Shown: piece after piece, positions 62,352-64,000 of the stretch
How the letters are laid out: each line of letters begins with the position of its first letter
Numbering within the stretch: position 1 is the first letter of the stretch
Origin: an uncultured Intrasporangiaceae bacterium
GTDB taxonomy: Bacteria; Actinomycetota; Actinomycetes; Actinomycetales; Dermatophilaceae
Direction of reading: 5' to 3'
DNA length: 64,000 bases
Assembly (NCBI GenBank): GCA_964483685.1
Contig: CAZACX010000001.1
Span: forward strand, 41,350 to 105,349
Position numbers and translations under genes: made by a program
The notes under the pieces: model-generated
The model's database searches: none
What the model saw: the letters and a program-made list of their open reading frames with translations, nothing else
Told to the model about the DNA's origin: nothing

Positions 62352-63331
62352 GGCCGCATCACGACTCGGCCCGTGGTGGTGCCTGCGGCGAGGTCGGTCA
62401 GCCCGCGGGGCACGTCGGCGAGGCCGATCTCGGCGCCGACGAGCGGACGGATCGACCCGGCTGCGGCGAGGGCGGTGAGTTCGGCGTGGCAGGCGGCGAT
62501 GGCCGGCGGGTCAAAGGTGTTGTAGAGGCCCCAGTGGAGCCCGAGGATCGTGTAGTTCTTGATGAGGGCGTGGTTGAGACCAGGGGCGGGGATGGTTCCG
62601 CTGGCAAATCCGACGAGCACGATCCGTCCCTCGAACGCGATCACTTTGGCCGAGGCGGCGTATGCCGGGCCGCCGACCGGGTCATACGCGACGTCGACGC
62701 CGCGGCCGCTGGTGAATTCCTTGATCGCGGCGACGAGGTCGTCGCTCGTGCGGTCGAGGACGAGATCGCAGCCGAGTTCCCGAGCGAGCGCGGCCTTGTC
62801 GGCCCCACCGACGACCCCGATGACGCGGGCGCCGGCCGCCTTGCCCAACTGGACGGCGGCGCTGCCGACACCGCCGACGGCCGCATGAACGAGCAGGGTT
62901 TCGCCCTCGCGCAGCTGGGCGCGGCGGTGCAGCCCGAACCAGCCCGTTTGATAGGCGATGTGCAGCCCTGCGGCGTGGGCGTCGTCGAGATCAAGCGGCG
63001 CCAGTTGCGCCGTCTCGGCGCTCATCAGGGACTCCTCGGCGAAGCTGCCGGACGGCAACTGTGCGGTGCCGACAAGGCGATCCCCAACCCGGAAGCGGGT
63101 GACGTCGGGGCCGAGTTCGATGACCTCGCCGCACAGCTCGACACCTGGCGTGAACGGCAGCGGTGGCTGGAGCTGGTAGTGCCCGCGGGCCATCATCACG
63201 TCGGGGTAATTGAGGGCCGCCGCGAGGACTTTGACGCGCACCTGACCAGGCCTCGGCACAGGAGTGGCGACCTCCTCGAGTCGATAGACCGAGCCGGGCT
63301 CGCCGTTGTCGTGGATACGCCAAGCCTTCAT
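62348..63331 (-). CDS. NADPH:quinone oxidoreductase / zinc-type alcohol dehydrogenase family
   Basis: ATG 63331 gives MKAWRIHDNGEPG. The NAD(P)-binding region is AAVGGVGSAAVQLGKAAGARVIG. Confidence 0.85.
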   Translation of the reverse strand: MKAWRIHDNGEPGSVYRLEEVATPVPRPGQVRVKVLAAALNYPDVMMARGHYQLQPPLPFTPGVELCGEVIELGPDVTRFRVGDRLVGTAQLPSGSFAEESLMSAETAQLAPLDLDDAHAAGLHIAYQTGWFGLHRRAQLREGETLLVHAAVGGVGSAAVQLGKAAGARVIGVVGGADKAALARELGCDLVLDRTSDDLVAAIKEFTSGRGVDVAYDPVGGPAYAASAKVIAFEGRIVLVGFASGTIPAPGLNHALIKNYTILGLHWGLYNTFDPPAIAACHAELTALAAAGSIRPLVGAEIGLADVPRGLTDLAAGTTTGRVVMRP

Positions 63332-64000
63332 GCGCCGACCTCCTGTTGGGCTGTTTTGGCCGCATCGACCTTGGCTTGGAGCCGCTGCATTCCGGCGAGC
63401 CAGCGGTCCGGGTCGCTCGCTCGGAACTTGGAAAAGTCGGCGACTTCGGGGTGGGGCAGGATGAGGAACCGGTTGTCCTCGAATGCGCCCCAGACGATGT
63501 CGGCGACATCGGTGGGTTCGAGGGCGCCGTGCGCGGAGAGGAGTTCGGCGAGGTGCGCCGAGGCGTCGAGCATCGGGGTTCGCACTCCTTGCGGGCACAA
63601 CGCCTGGACGATGACCCCCGCGGAGCCGTAGGTGATGGCGAGCCACTCGGCCAGGGCCACTGCCGCATGTTTTGTCACCGAGTAGGACGCGGCGTCGACC
63701 ATCGAGAGCAAGCCGGCCGCGGAAGCCGTGACGACGAAGCGGCCAGAACCCCGCTCCACCCATCTCGGCATGAGCAGGCGGGCCGCTCGGACGTGGGCGA
63801 GCACGTTGACGTCAAGGATCTGCGCCCAGGCGGCGTCGGAGTCGCCGAGCCCTGACTCGCCGATGATGCCGGCGTTCGCAAAGAAGATGTCGATGTCACC
63901 GAGGTGGGCCGTCGCCTCCTCGATGAGGGTCGCCACTCCGGCGGCGGTCCCGATGTCCGCGGGCACCGCATACGCACCGATTGTGTTGGCGACGGCCTGA
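63328..64000 (-). CDS. SDR family oxidoreductase (N-terminus beyond window)
   Basis: It has NAGI and the catalytic YSVTKHA (YxxxK). The frame is open to the window edge. Confidence 0.8.
   Translation of the reverse strand, partial: QAVANTIGAYAVPADIGTAAGVATLIEEATAHLGDIDIFFANAGIIGESGLGDSDAAWAQILDVNVLAHVRAARLLMPRWVERGSGRFVVTASAAGLLSMVDAASYSVTKHAAVALAEWLAITYGSAGVIVQALCPQGVRTPMLDASAHLAELLSAHGALEPTDVADIVWGAFEDNRFLILPHPEVADFSKFRASDPDRWLAGMQRLQAKVDAAKTAQQEVGA

Overview
Visibly GC-rich (my estimate is about 70%, not computed) actinobacterial chromosome segment. Most of it is a conserved respiratory supercluster. It holds heme biosynthesis (hemD end, hemB, hemL) and system II cytochrome c maturation (TlpA/ResA-like, ccdA, resB, ccsB). 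It also holds classical menaquinone biosynthesis: menA, menE, menC, menD, menG, menF, a MenJ-like reductase and a polyprenyl synthase. No menB or recognisable menH is in the window. A complete 14-gene nuoA-N operon follows, then 2-oxoglutarate:ferredoxin oxidoreductase korAB. Next is a second, truncated nuo locus (A2 B2 C2 H2 I2 J2 K2 L2 M2 N2) that lacks D, E, F and G. The window ends with htpX and four acyl-CoA/oxidoreductase genes. Between the ccs and men blocks (about 9.4-17.5 kb) lies a small accessory islet. It contains a compositionally foreign acidic ORF, a GNAT and an intact VapC/Phd-type pair with decayed neighbours, bracketed by two sharply bounded 185-bp direct repeats. It also contains a NUDIX gene, a MarR-MFS pair whose 3' end is duplicated around an inserted MNT-type nucleotidyltransferase plus transposase remnant, a Phd/RelE pair and an antitoxin remnant. 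I consider these most worth follow-up: (1) the 185-bp repeat pair, a candidate structured RNA or element boundary; (2) the NuoD-less nuo2 locus, divergently paired with korAB; (3) two very recent tandem duplications inside nuo2, a perfect in-frame 42-bp x3 in nuoB2 and a 53-bp duplication of the nuoC2/nuoH2 junction; (4) a VOC-family gene translationally coupled to menC. I saw no rRNA, tRNA or CRISPR. All family assignments rest on motif recognition by eye, not on searches.
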